Source of the DNA: Zetaproteobacteria bacterium
GTDB taxonomy: Bacteria > Pseudomonadota > Zetaproteobacteria > Mariprofundales > J009
NCBI GenBank assembly: GCA_003696765.1
Contig: RFFX01000050.1
Span: 12,894 to 76,893 of the forward strand
Length of the DNA: 64,000 bases
Reading direction: 5' to 3'
The translations under genes were made by a program, and so were the position numbers. This document shows, one piece after another, positions 7,729 to 16,546 of this stretch. How positions within the stretch are numbered: the first letter of the stretch is position 1; every line of letters starts with the position of its first letter. Under the pieces are notes generated by a model. The model saw nothing but the letters and a program-made list of their open reading frames with translations, was not told where the DNA came from and made no database searches.

Positions 7729-9957
7729 TCACCGGATCAACCCCATCAGCGCATCGAGCATCTGGTTGGTGATCTGAACCACCTTGGCCGACGACTGGTA
7801 GGCACGCTGGAACTTGAGCATTTCGATCAACTCCTCATCCATGTTGACCCCGGAGATCGAGTTGCGCTGGCTGGTCAGCGAGTCGTACTCGGCCGAACGA
7901 TAGGTCTGGTTGCGCTGCGCGTTGGCCACGTCGATGCCGTATTGCGCAGAGAGATCGGAGTAGCGGCTGTGCAGGCTCTGCGGCGTCGTATCGTCGACCG
8001 ACACCTTGGTCTGCTGCAACGCGAACATCGCCGAAGCAGTCTGATTATCGGCAGCAAAGATCTTGGATGTAGTAGAATCGATGGTGCCGATGTTGATCCG
8101 GTCACTGTTGGCCGCCACCGTGCTGTCGAGAGCAAGATCGGCGCCGTCGGCACCATGAAACAGCGCATTGATCTCGTAGGCGGCGAGGAAGTTGGAAGTG
8201 TCGTCGGAGAAGCCGATGGTCTGGCCGTTGCCGGCGACCAGCTTCAGCTCGCCGTTGGCCGTGGTGCTGGCGGTGAGCGAGATGGTCGGATTGGGGGCGG
8301 TCACCCCGGCGTTGTAGTTGGCCACCGCCTGGTTGATCAGGCCGACCACGCTGGCCGTCGTCGCCGTGCCGCCGTTGTCGGCGCTGTCGTCGAGCTTGAG
8401 GACCGCCGGGTCGATGGTGATGGTCAGCCCGCCCGGATTGATCGGCGTCCCAGCCGAGTCGTAGATGTGGATCTTGAAGCTGCCCGCCTTGATCTGATTG
8501 GCGAACGGCACCCCGGAGGTGCCGAGCAGGGAGCTGGTCATCCCGAGTGCGGAGAGCAGATTGCTGCTGTCGTTGGCCAACCCCACCGTCTGACCGCCGG
8601 TGGCGGCAAGCTGCAACACCCCGCCGCTGGTGCTGGCGGTGAGCGAGATGGTCGGATTGGGGGCGGTCACCCCGGCGTTGTAGTTGGCCACCGCCTGGTT
8701 GATCAGGCCGACCACGCTGGCGGTCGTGGCCACCCCCCCATGGGCGGCGCTGTCGTCCAGCACCGTCACCGTCGGATCGATGGTGATGGTCAGCGGCGTG
8801 GTGTTGATCTGCGCCCCGGTGGAGTCCCGCAGATAGATCTCGAAGCTGCCGCTCTTGATCTTGGACGCCGCAGGCAGACCGGAGTCGACCAGCGCAGCCG
8901 TGGGATGCGACACGCTCTGCAACGCCTTGATCGTGGATTGGCGGGCGGCGGTCGACACCAGCGACGCCTGCCCCGAGATCATCGTCGATCCACGGATGGG
9001 GGTCGATCCGTTGCTGTAGATCTGATTGGCGGAGAAGATCAGATTCCTGGCGATGCTGTCGAGCTGGTCGATGTAGACCTGATAGCGGTTGTCCCGCACC
9101 TCGATCATCCCGCCGACCGTTCCGCTCTGTGCCATCCCCGAGAGCGGCACCGCCGGAGCGCTGTCCAGCGCGATCTCGTGAAATCCATTGGTGGTGAAGG
9201 TGGTTCCGCGCACCAGATGGTGGGCCAGACCGTCCTGCACCAACAGATCCCCGCCCGGGGTCTGGACCAGCGAACTGCCGTCGGGATTGTCCACCCGCTG
9301 GATCGGAATCAATGCCGCAAGATCCTGCAACGCCTGCTCCCGCTGATCACGCAGGTCGTTGGCAGGCCCCACCACGCTCTTGCTCGTCTCCTTGCGCACG
9401 ATCTGGGTGTTGAGCGAGGCGATTCGATCCAGCAACAGGTTGACGTCGGCCAGCTTGGTGTCGATCTGGCCGTCGAGGTTGATCTGCTCGGTGCGCAGCT
9501 GAGCCCGCATGCTGGTCAGGGTGGTGACCAGCTCCTGGGTGGCGATCTGCACGTTGGCCTTCTGCGCCGTATCCTGCGGATTGTTGGCCAACTGCTGCCA
9601 CGAGGCGAAGAAATGGTCGAACGAGGCGGCCAGACCGGTGGCACCCAGGCTGCCGAAGGCGCTCTCCACCGCGGTCAGCGCCTGGGTGATCTGGGTCCAC
9701 ATCGCCTTCTGCCCCGCGCTGTTGCCCAACGAACGCTGGATCGCCAGGTCGACCTGACGGCGTATCTCCGCCATCTGGACCCCGCGGCCGAAGACGAAGC
9801 CGCCGCGCTGCTCCGGCGAAGCGGAGGAGAGGATCGGTCGCTGGCGCGAATAGCCTTGCGTGTTGACGTTGGCGATGTTGTGCGCCAGCACATCCATCGC
9901 CTGTTGCTGGGTGGTCAGGGCGGTGGCCCCGATATTCAGCGCGCTGGTGATGCTCAC
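7729..9957 (-). CDS. flgK: Flagellar hook-associated protein 1 FlgK (with an internal tandem domain duplication)
   Basis: N-terminus MSITSALNIGATALTTQQQAMDVLAHNIANVNTQGYSRQ (GTG start overlapping the flgN stop) and C-terminus GVNMDEELIEMLKFQRAYQSSAKVVQITNQMLDALMGLI. These are the rod/hook family terminal motifs. Confidence 0.92.
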   Translation of the reverse strand: MSITSALNIGATALTTQQQAMDVLAHNIANVNTQGYSRQRPILSSASPEQRGGFVFGRGVQMAEIRRQVDLAIQRSLGNSAGQKAMWTQITQALTAVESAFGSLGATGLAASFDHFFASWQQLANNPQDTAQKANVQIATQELVTTLTSMRAQLRTEQINLDGQIDTKLADVNLLLDRIASLNTQIVRKETSKSVVGPANDLRDQREQALQDLAALIPIQRVDNPDGSSLVQTPGGDLLVQDGLAHHLVRGTTFTTNGFHEIALDSAPAVPLSGMAQSGTVGGMIEVRDNRYQVYIDQLDSIARNLIFSANQIYSNGSTPIRGSTMISGQASLVSTAARQSTIKALQSVSHPTAALVDSGLPAASKIKSGSFEIYLRDSTGAQINTTPLTITIDPTVTVLDDSAAHGGVATTASVVGLINQAVANYNAGVTAPNPTISLTASTSGGVLQLAATGGQTVGLANDSSNLLSALGMTSSLLGTSGVPFANQIKAGSFKIHIYDSAGTPINPGGLTITIDPAVLKLDDSADNGGTATTASVVGLINQAVANYNAGVTAPNPTISLTASTTANGELKLVAGNGQTIGFSDDTSNFLAAYEINALFHGADGADLALDSTVAANSDRINIGTIDSTTSKIFAADNQTASAMFALQQTKVSVDDTTPQSLHSRYSDLSAQYGIDVANAQRNQTYRSAEYDSLTSQRNSISGVNMDEELIEMLKFQRAYQSSAKVVQITNQMLDALMGLIR

Positions 9958-10409
9958 GGTGCGATGCCGTCGCGGCGGTAGGTCTGCGGCTTCCTGAGCA
10001 TGCCGATGCCCTGCAGCAGGTTGGTGGTGACATCGGCGGCCGCCTTGATGCGCAACCGCTCTTCGTCGAGCCGCTGCTGCAGGGCCTCCATCCGCCGATG
10101 AAGCCGGCGCCGCAGCGCCTTCAACTCCTCATCCGCCGCCACCTCGTCGAGCAGGCGGGAGAGCGGCAGCGCTCCGGCCACACCATGATCGCCCAACAGC
10201 CGGCGGAGCGACCCCTCCAGCCTCGCCATCCTGTCGCGGCAGGCGGCGCGCATCCCGCACAGATCGAGCAGGGCAGCGCCGTCGAACCGGCGCACCGCAT
10301 CCTCCTCCTGCAGCAGGATCTCCTCCAGCTCGGCGGCACACCGCTCCATCTCCTCAAGATGGGCGCGAAGCCCGGCGACAAGGGAGGCGCGATCGATGGT
10401 CAGCTCCAT
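9954..10409 (-). CDS. flgN: FlgN-like flagellar export chaperone
   Basis: A 151-aa helical acidic/Leu-rich protein located between flgM and flgK, the canonical flgN position. The sequence similarity itself is weak, so the call rests mostly on context. Confidence 0.55.
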   Translation of the reverse strand: MELTIDRASLVAGLRAHLEEMERCAAELEEILLQEEDAVRRFDGAALLDLCGMRAACRDRMARLEGSLRRLLGDHGVAGALPLSRLLDEVAADEELKALRRRLHRRMEALQQRLDEERLRIKAAADVTTNLLQGIGMLRKPQTYRRDGIAP

Positions 10410-10699
10410 GACCGCTCCGCCAGAGCGTTGCGCACGATGCGCGCCGCCACCCGCCGTTCGTCGATCTCGAAGGTGCCCTGCTCCAGCGCGTCGCGGATCT
10501 GCTCGATCCGCTCCAACCGCACCTCGGGCAGATCGGCCAGCAACACGCGGGCCCGCTCATGGAGCGAGGCGGCGTCGGCCACCTTGACCTGATCGCGGCC
10601 ACGCCCACCGCCCCGCGCCTTGCCCGTCGCCTTGCCCTTGCCGCTGCGGCTGCCCTGTACCGGCGAGGCCGGCGATCCCAATCCCGTGATCCGCACCAT
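10400..10699 (-). CDS. flgM: Anti-sigma-28 factor FlgM
   Basis: C-terminal ...VRLERIEQIRDALEQGTFEIDERRVAARIV is the FlgM signature (IxxGxYxVDxxxIAxxL type). The ATG at 10699 forms a TGATG overlap with the upstream gene and is preceded by the SD GGGGAGGTGGAG. Confidence 0.8.
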   Translation of the reverse strand: MVRITGLGSPASPVQGSRSGKGKATGKARGGGRGRDQVKVADAASLHERARVLLADLPEVRLERIEQIRDALEQGTFEIDERRVAARIVRNALAERSWS

Positions 10700-11106
10700 C
10701 ACTCCACCTCCCCTTTGGCGGCCAGCGCGCGGTACTGCGCAGCAGCCGCCTCATGCAGGCTCTTCGACGCCTCGGCCACCGCCTTGCCCGCCACCTCCGC
10801 GCCGTCCCGACGCTGTTTCAACTGCGCATAGATGGTGGCGGCGATCCCCAGCGAGCCGCGCCGACCCCCCGCCTCGGCGATCGCCTGATCCATCATCGAC
10901 CGGTAGCTCTCCTCGGCAAAGCCGTGCGGCAGAACATCGGATTGCGGAACCGACTTGCGCATCTCGCTCATCACCTGCTGCAGGAAGAGCGCCTCGAACT
11001 GGAGGCTGACACGCCACAGCCCCTCGTCCCGCCCTTCACGCGGCGGCGGCGCCGGCCGATGCGACGTGACGATCCGATGATGCAGGGCATCCATCCGCGC
11101 ATCCAT
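10699..11106 (-). CDS. flgJ: Rod-binding protein (FlgJ N-terminal domain only, no muramidase domain)
   Basis: LQFEALFLQQVMSEMRKS...GFAEESYRSMMDQAIAEAGGRRGSLGIAATIYAQL matches the FlgJ rod-binding domain pattern. It follows flgI. Confidence 0.7.
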   Translation of the reverse strand: MDARMDALHHRIVTSHRPAPPPREGRDEGLWRVSLQFEALFLQQVMSEMRKSVPQSDVLPHGFAEESYRSMMDQAIAEAGGRRGSLGIAATIYAQLKQRRDGAEVAGKAVAEASKSLHEAAAAQYRALAAKGEVE

Positions 11107-12206
11107 CAGAGCACCCGCAACTCGGCGTGGAGCGCACCGGCCGCCTTGATCGCCTGCAGCACGGCGATCAGATCGCTCGGGGTGGCGCCGACGGAGTTGA
11201 GCGCATCGACCAGGCTGGCCAACGTCACCTGCCGCTGCAGCACCACCAGCTTCGCCTTCTCCTCCTTGACCTGCACGCCGGTGCGATCGACCACCTGCGT
11301 CTGGCCGCCGGCGCCGCTGAAGGCGTTGGGCTGTGACACCTGCGGCGTCTCCGACACCGTGACGCTGATGTTGCCATGGGCCACCGCCACCTTGTCGATC
11401 TTCACCTCCTCGCCCATGACGATGGTGCCGGTCCGCTCATCGACCACCACCACCGCATTGTGGTCGGTATTGAGCTCCAGCTGCTCCAGCTCGGCGATCA
11501 GGGAGACGGCATCCCCCTTGGGATTCCACACCTCCACCGTGGCGGCATCGACGGCACGGGCCATCCCGGCGCCGAAGTGGAGGTCGATCGCCTTCTTCAT
11601 CCGCATCACGGTGGTGAAATCGGGCACGCGCAGGCTAAGCGTCACCTTCTCCTGATTCGGACGGATGCTCCTCGGCGCGGCGATCTCCACCTTGGCGCCG
11701 TTGGGGATCCGCCCCGCGGTCGGATGGCCCTTGGTGGTCGAGGCCGCCTTGCCGGCGGCGGTGAAGCCGCCGATGGAGATCCCCCCTTGCGCCACCGCAT
11801 AGACCCGCCCATCCCCTGCGGTGAGCGGAGTGAGCAGCAGCGTTCCGCCGCGCAGGCTCTTGGCATCCCCGAGGCTGGAGACCGTCACGTCGAGGGTCTG
11901 CCCCGGCCGGGCGAAGGCCGGCAGCTCGGCGGTGACCATCACCGCCGCCACATTCTTCGGCTTCATGCTGCTGATCTGCTGGCGGATGTTGATCCCGAAC
12001 CGCTCGAGCATCGCCGCGATGCTGTTGATGGTGAAGGGCGACGAGTTGGAGCTGTCACCAGTGCCGTTGAGGCCGACCACGATGCCGTAACCGAGCAGGG
12101 CGTTGCTGCGCACCCCCTCGATGGTGGCCAGATCCTTGATCCGCTCCGCCGCTCCCCACTGCGGCAGGAGCAGCAGCGCCATCACCACGAACCACCGTAC
12201 CATCAT
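11106..12206 (-). CDS. flgI: Flagellar P-ring protein FlgI
   Basis: MMVRWFVVMALLLLPQWGAAERIKDLATIEGVRSNALLGYGIVVGLNGTGD... through ...LVDALNSVGATPSDLIAVLQAIKAAGALHAELRVL. The SD GGGAGGGGAGG precedes the ATG at 12206. Confidence 0.92.
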   Translation of the reverse strand: MMVRWFVVMALLLLPQWGAAERIKDLATIEGVRSNALLGYGIVVGLNGTGDSSNSSPFTINSIAAMLERFGINIRQQISSMKPKNVAAVMVTAELPAFARPGQTLDVTVSSLGDAKSLRGGTLLLTPLTAGDGRVYAVAQGGISIGGFTAAGKAASTTKGHPTAGRIPNGAKVEIAAPRSIRPNQEKVTLSLRVPDFTTVMRMKKAIDLHFGAGMARAVDAATVEVWNPKGDAVSLIAELEQLELNTDHNAVVVVDERTGTIVMGEEVKIDKVAVAHGNISVTVSETPQVSQPNAFSGAGGQTQVVDRTGVQVKEEKAKLVVLQRQVTLASLVDALNSVGATPSDLIAVLQAIKAAGALHAELRVL

Positions 12207-12223
12207 CGTCCTCCCCTCCCGCA

Positions 12224-12925
12224 CTAGAACGGCCAGATGGCGTCCAGCGTCTGGCCCAGCCACCCCTCGTGGGTCACCGTGGCCAACTCGCCGCCGCCGC
12301 CGTAGCTGATCACCGCCTGCGCCACCTTCGAGGAGGCGATGGTGTTGTCCGAGGCGATGTCCTGCGGCCGGACCACACCGGAGAAGGTGAGCTCCTGCGG
12401 CTGCTGGTTGATGGTCACCTGCCTCCGCCCCTCGATGCGCAGATTGCCGTTGGGATAGACCTCGACCACCACCGCCGTCACGCTGGCGATGAGGGTGTCG
12501 GAGTTGTTGGTACTGCCCGAGCCGGCGAACGACTTGGTGTTGCTCACGTCGAATGCCGTACCGGGGGAGAAGTTGGGATTGCGCTTGGAGAAGAGGGAGG
12601 TGGAGAGGCCGAAGGCGGCGTTGACGCCGGAGGTGTGGCTGGTGGCCCGATCCTTCTTGGTCCCCATCGAACGGGTGGCGCTGGCCTTCTCCTGCACCAG
12701 CACCGTCACCAGATCACCCACGCGCGACGCCTTGGGGTCGGTGAAGAGGCGTGAGCCGGCGTTGTTCCACAACGACCCCTTCTCGGTATGGGAGACCATC
12801 GGCGTACGCAGCGCCTGCTCGACGATCGGTCGTTTCGGATCCTTGGTGACGCTGGCGGCGCGCGGCATGCAGCCGCTGACCAGCAGCAGCGCGATCAGGG
12901 AAACGACAACCCTCGACACCATCAT
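12224..12925 (-). CDS. flgH: Flagellar L-ring lipoprotein FlgH
   Basis: Lipobox LLVSGC, plus GSLWNN..., GDLVTVLVQEKASA and NLRIEGRRQVTINQQPQELTFSGVVRPQDI. Confidence 0.92.
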   Translation of the reverse strand: MMVSRVVVSLIALLLVSGCMPRAASVTKDPKRPIVEQALRTPMVSHTEKGSLWNNAGSRLFTDPKASRVGDLVTVLVQEKASATRSMGTKKDRATSHTSGVNAAFGLSTSLFSKRNPNFSPGTAFDVSNTKSFAGSGSTNNSDTLIASVTAVVVEVYPNGNLRIEGRRQVTINQQPQELTFSGVVRPQDIASDNTIASSKVAQAVISYGGGGELATVTHEGWLGQTLDAIWPF

Positions 12926-13617
12926 CCCGCTCCTCCCGAAACCACACGCACCGTACGGGCGTTGATCACCCGCCCCTCCACCTGCCGCTTGCTGCGCAGA
13001 TTCTCCACCAGCAGCAGATCCCCCCGCGCCGCGGAGCGGAGCGCCTTGCCGACGGTGGTCACCTGCACCGGGCCGAAACGCGCCTCGATGGTGACCAGCT
13101 GGCCGCGCCGAATCAGCGGCAGACGATGGGTGTCGGCGAGGAAGAGCGGCGCCCCCCGACGGAGCCGACGCAGCAGACGCAGGCCGTCGACCGCCTCCAG
13201 CGAGGAGAAGCCGGCATCATGGCCGGCGATATCCACCCGTCGCAACGTCATCATGCTCGGGTCAAGCACGGTTCGTGCCGGAATGTCCCGACGGGCGACC
13301 GCCACCACGGCCATCCAGCGCACCTCCACCGGAACGAACCAGCGCCGGGTGACCACCCCGCTGCCGGGCGCACGCAACTCCTCGGCGATCAAGGAGAAAC
13401 GCCGGGGGAAGCGATGCAGGCGGGGCAGACGCCAGCGCAGCGGTCCGGTCGTATCCGGCAATGCATCGACCGAGGCCAGCTCGGCCACCGCGCCGTCGTG
13501 GGCCACGCCGGCCGCAAAAAATGCACGCAACGACCGCATGGCGGCATTTTCTGCCGCCTCCGCCCACACCGGCAGAAACAGCAGCGCGCCGACGAGCAGC
13601 AACAGCAGACGCCGCAT
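12922..13617 (-). CDS. flgA: Flagellar P-ring assembly chaperone FlgA
   Basis: Signal peptide MRRLLLLLVGALLFLPVWAEA. C-terminal SAF-like region ...RRGQLVTIEARFGPVQVTTVGKALRSAARGDLLLVENLRSKRQVEGRVI. An alternative GTG start lies at 13632. Confidence 0.8.
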   Translation of the reverse strand: MRRLLLLLVGALLFLPVWAEAAENAAMRSLRAFFAAGVAHDGAVAELASVDALPDTTGPLRWRLPRLHRFPRRFSLIAEELRAPGSGVVTRRWFVPVEVRWMAVVAVARRDIPARTVLDPSMMTLRRVDIAGHDAGFSSLEAVDGLRLLRRLRRGAPLFLADTHRLPLIRRGQLVTIEARFGPVQVTTVGKALRSAARGDLLLVENLRSKRQVEGRVINARTVRVVSGGAG

Positions 13618-13638
13618 CACCCCGCGCCCCACGCCGGC

Positions 13639-14427
13639 CTAACGCCGCAACTGCGCGGCGGTCTTGAGCATCTCATCCGCCGCCTGGATCGACTTGGAGT
13701 TCATCTCGTAGGCCCGTTGACCGGCGATCAGGTTGACCATCTCCTCGACCATGTTGACGTTGGACATCTCCAGCATCCCCTGGCCGATCTCCCCCAGGCC
13801 GTTGCTGCCCGGATTGCCGCTGACCGGCGGGCCGGATGCCGGAGTCTCCTGGAACATCGAGTTGCCGAGCAGCTCCAGACCGCCGGGATTGCTGAAGTTG
13901 ACCGTCTGGATCTGGCCGACGTTGGTCACCTGCCCACCGGGTTGGGTCACCGATACCGTCCCGTCGGCACCGATGTTGATCTGCAAGGCGTCGTTGGGAA
14001 TGGTGATCGACGGCTGCAACGGGTTGCCGTTGGGATCGACCACCTGGCCGGTGGAGTCGAGGGCGAAGGAGCCGGAACGGGTGTAGGCCGTGGTGCCGTC
14101 GGGCAGCAGTACCTGGAAGAAGCCCTGCCCCTTGATGGCCAGATCGAGCGGATTGGAGGTCTGCTGGAAGCTCCCCTCGCTGAAGATCCGCTGGACGCCG
14201 ACGGTCTGCACCCCGAGACCGATCTGGATGCCGCTGGGCACCTGGGTGCCGGCCGCGCTGGCGTCGGCGCCGGGGCTCTTCACCTGCTGGTACATCAGAT
14301 CCTGGAAGTTGGCCCGGCCGCGCTTGAAGCCGGCGGTGTTGGCGTTGGCCAGGTTGTTGGAGATTACATCGACGTTGGTGTTCTGTGCGGTCATGCCGGT
14401 TGCGGCCGACCAGAGTGCACGCATCAT
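13639..14427 (-). CDS. flgG: Flagellar distal rod protein FlgG
   Basis: MMRALWSAATGMTAQNTNVDVISNNLANANTAGFKRGRANFQDL ... SNVNMVEEMVNLIAGQRAYEMNSKSIQAADEML. Confidence 0.95.
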   Translation of the reverse strand: MMRALWSAATGMTAQNTNVDVISNNLANANTAGFKRGRANFQDLMYQQVKSPGADASAAGTQVPSGIQIGLGVQTVGVQRIFSEGSFQQTSNPLDLAIKGQGFFQVLLPDGTTAYTRSGSFALDSTGQVVDPNGNPLQPSITIPNDALQINIGADGTVSVTQPGGQVTNVGQIQTVNFSNPGGLELLGNSMFQETPASGPPVSGNPGSNGLGEIGQGMLEMSNVNMVEEMVNLIAGQRAYEMNSKSIQAADEMLKTAAQLRR

Positions 14428-14477
14428 GGTATCATTACCCCCTTGTCATTTCGATTCTTCGCTGCCATCCCGGCGGA

Positions 14478-15221
14478 TCAGCCGACACGGCCGACCCGCT
14501 CGCTCAACTGGGTCGCCTGCTGGTTGTAGATCTCGACGATCTTCATCATGTTCTGGAACGACCGAGTGGTATCGACCATCCGGGCCATGGCCAGCACGGC
14601 GTTGACATTGGACTGCTCGAGCGCACCGTGGCGTACCACCACCTTCCCCGGCTGCACCGGACGTACCTGATCGGCCGGCGCGGTGAAGAGGGTACCGCCG
14701 AGTTTGCGCATCTTGCTGCTGTCGGAGATCTGCACGATGCCGAGGGTGGCGATCCTCGTCCCGTTGACCGCGATGGTCCCATCGCGTGAGGCGGAGACCT
14801 CGCCCGACGGGAGGGTGATCGGCGCCCCCGCGCTGTCGAGCACCGGCAGCCCCGACTGGGTGACCAGCTTCCCCCCTTCGCCGAGCATGAAATCGCCGGC
14901 GCGGGTGTAACCCTCCGAGCCGTCCTTGAGCCGTACCCGGAAGTATCCATCCCCGCTGATGGCGAAATCGAGCGGGCTGCCGGTCTGACGGATCATCCCT
15001 TCGCTGGTGTCGATGTAGCTCATCCCCGGCGCCAGGTAGGCGGAGGGAGGCTGGGCGGAGGAGGCCGCACGCATCGAATCGGTCAGCATGGTGGCAAACG
15101 AGTTGCGGTCCGCCTTGAAACCGACCGTATTGACGTTGGCCAGGTTGTTGGCGATCTGGTCCATGCTCAACTGCCGCCGCAGATCGGCGGCGGAACCGGC
15201 GATATAGAATCCTCGATCCAT
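14478..15221 (-). CDS. flgF: Flagellar proximal rod protein FlgF
   Basis: MDRGFYIAGSAADLRRQLSMDQIANNLANVNTVGFKADR ... LEQSNVNAVLAMARMVDTTRSFQNMMKIVEI. The ORF-track extension above 15221 only translates the repeat. Confidence 0.9.
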   Translation of the reverse strand: MDRGFYIAGSAADLRRQLSMDQIANNLANVNTVGFKADRNSFATMLTDSMRAASSAQPPSAYLAPGMSYIDTSEGMIRQTGSPLDFAISGDGYFRVRLKDGSEGYTRAGDFMLGEGGKLVTQSGLPVLDSAGAPITLPSGEVSASRDGTIAVNGTRIATLGIVQISDSSKMRKLGGTLFTAPADQVRPVQPGKVVVRHGALEQSNVNAVLAMARMVDTTRSFQNMMKIVEIYNQQATQLSERVGRVG

Positions 15222-15285
15222 GATCGTAGACCGCAAAACATCCGTCCGTGGACCTTTTACCTGACGGGAACCGTCGAACACGGCG
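15222..15285 (-). repeat. Mosaic repeat, A module plus degenerate B
   Basis: Reads gatcgtagacCGCAAAACATCCgtccgtGGAcCTTTTaCctgacGGGAAcCGtcGAAcacggcgg. It directly abuts the flgF start codon. Confidence 0.7.
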
Positions 15286-15326
15286 GGTGCCGCGCCCCTC
15301 CCTGGCCGCGCCGCCGCAACCAGGTA

Positions 15327-15344
15327 CAAGCAGACAACATGCCA
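15327..15344 (-). promoter_or_regulatory. Sigma-54 type promoter candidate upstream of flgF
   Basis: The minus strand reads TTGGCATGTTGTCTGCTTG, i.e. TGGCAt-N5-cTGC with GG-N10-GC spacing. It lies about 105 nt upstream of the flgF ATG, with the repeat copy in the predicted leader. Confidence 0.4.
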
Positions 15345-15415
15345 ACATCGCGCGCCCGGCCGGGACTCGGCGCAACGACTTGGATCTATTGTAGAATCGG
15401 AAAGGTTCGGCCTGA

Positions 15416-15709
15416 CTAACCCTGAGCGTAGTGCGCCGATTTTTCCGCCAGCCTTTTGTCTGTGCGGTAAAGAAAGGCGAGCAGCTCGGCCACCAGCTGG
15501 TAGGCCTCTTCGGGGATCTCCTCTCCCACCGGTACGCGGGCGAGCAGCTGGACCAGATTGTCATCGCGGTGGATGTGTACCCCCGATGCCCGGGCCAGCT
15601 CCATGATGCGGCGCGCCACCTCGCCGAATCCGGCCGCCAGCACCTTCGGCGCACCACCCCGCTCCGGGTCGTAGCCCAACGCCACCGCCGCCTCCCGATC
15701 GCGCGCCAT
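15416..15709 (-). CDS. FlhB C-terminal-domain-like protein (EscU/YscU/HrcU family, YlqH-like)
   Basis: MARDREAAVALGYDPERGGAPKVLAAGFGEVARRIMELARASGVHIHRDDNLVQLLARVPVGEEIPEEAYQLVAELLAFLYRTD aligns along its length with the stand-alone FlhB-C homologues. The SD GGGGTGGAGGGG precedes the ATG at 15709. Confidence 0.8.
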   Translation of the reverse strand: MARDREAAVALGYDPERGGAPKVLAAGFGEVARRIMELARASGVHIHRDDNLVQLLARVPVGEEIPEEAYQLVAELLAFLYRTDKRLAEKSAHYAQG

Positions 15710-15721
15710 CCCCTCCACCCC

Positions 15722-16474
15722 TCAGGCGACGAAATCCCGTTGCAGCCCGCGCTCCACCGGCAGGCCGGCGATCAACTCCCCCTCCAGCCTCCGATGCCGG
15801 CCGAGCCAAGCGAGGAACTCCGGACGCAACAGCTCCGCGGTCTGTTCGTCGGCGGCAAAAAGCCGCAGGCGCAATGCCTCCTGCTCCCCCCCTTCCAGCG
15901 CAAAGGCGACCGCACCGAGATGGGCCAGATCGAGCCGGCCGTGGAGCAGGAAACGGCGGGCGTCACCCTGCCGTTCGATCACGCCGCGCGCCTGCCCCCC
16001 TCCCCCCTCATCCTCGACCACCATCCGGTTCATGTCCGCGCCGACCAGCCCCTGCAGCCCGCTGCCGTCGAGCCGCATCCATCCCCGCCGCGCACCCCCC
16101 TCCGCCCCGTCGTGCGCCGCCGTCGGAGCATCCCCCCCCTCGCGCCCTTTTCCCTTGCCGGTGGAGGCATCGACCTGCTGACGCAACATCTCCATCAGCA
16201 GCTGATGGGCCTGATGCTGATTCATGATGCGGAACTGGGCGGGCATCTTCTGCCCCAGGATCTCCAGCCACACCTCACCCATCGGCACGTTGGGCGGCAC
16301 CTCGGCGCGCAGCCGATAGCCGCCGATGATCAGCAGCGCCGACCCCGGCTCGCCGCCCGGCTCCAGACGGGCTTGCAGTACACTGCCGCTGGGCCACGGC
16401 AGAGTGTGGGGGCCCTCGGCGTTCCTGATCCCCTGGGGCATCCCCATCATCTGGGTGCCGAGGATCTCCATCAT
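15722..16474 (-). CDS. Hypothetical protein with a FliK C-terminal-like (hook-length control) segment
   Basis: A 250-aa protein. The C-terminal LDLAHLGAVAFALEGGEQEALRLRLFAADEQTAELLRPEFLAWLGRH resembles the FliK/Flg_hook motif (L.P..LG.v.v.........v.f.a......l......L...L). It lies directly upstream of the FlhB-C-like gene. Weak call. Confidence 0.45.
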   Translation of the reverse strand: MMEILGTQMMGMPQGIRNAEGPHTLPWPSGSVLQARLEPGGEPGSALLIIGGYRLRAEVPPNVPMGEVWLEILGQKMPAQFRIMNQHQAHQLLMEMLRQQVDASTGKGKGREGGDAPTAAHDGAEGGARRGWMRLDGSGLQGLVGADMNRMVVEDEGGGGQARGVIERQGDARRFLLHGRLDLAHLGAVAFALEGGEQEALRLRLFAADEQTAELLRPEFLAWLGRHRRLEGELIAGLPVERGLQRDFVA

Positions 16475-16546
16475 GGGGAATCTTCTCCCCGCACCGGGTC
16501 CATCCCTGGCGCTGCCGCCCCCAAGAGATCAAGGCGATTCATGGCC

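Noticed and set aside
7534-9981. An 815-aa plus-strand ORF opposite flgK. Similar long ORFs lie opposite real genes at 37208-40108, 53401-55701, 58173-60440, 28677-30749, 50850-52856, 207-1346 and 24590-25654.
   Set aside because: Each is the antisense or an out-of-frame partner of a gene with strong family signatures (flgK, ctpA/yibQ, hybrid kinases, htpG, flhB and others). Their products are Arg/Gly/His/Pro-rich and lack motifs.
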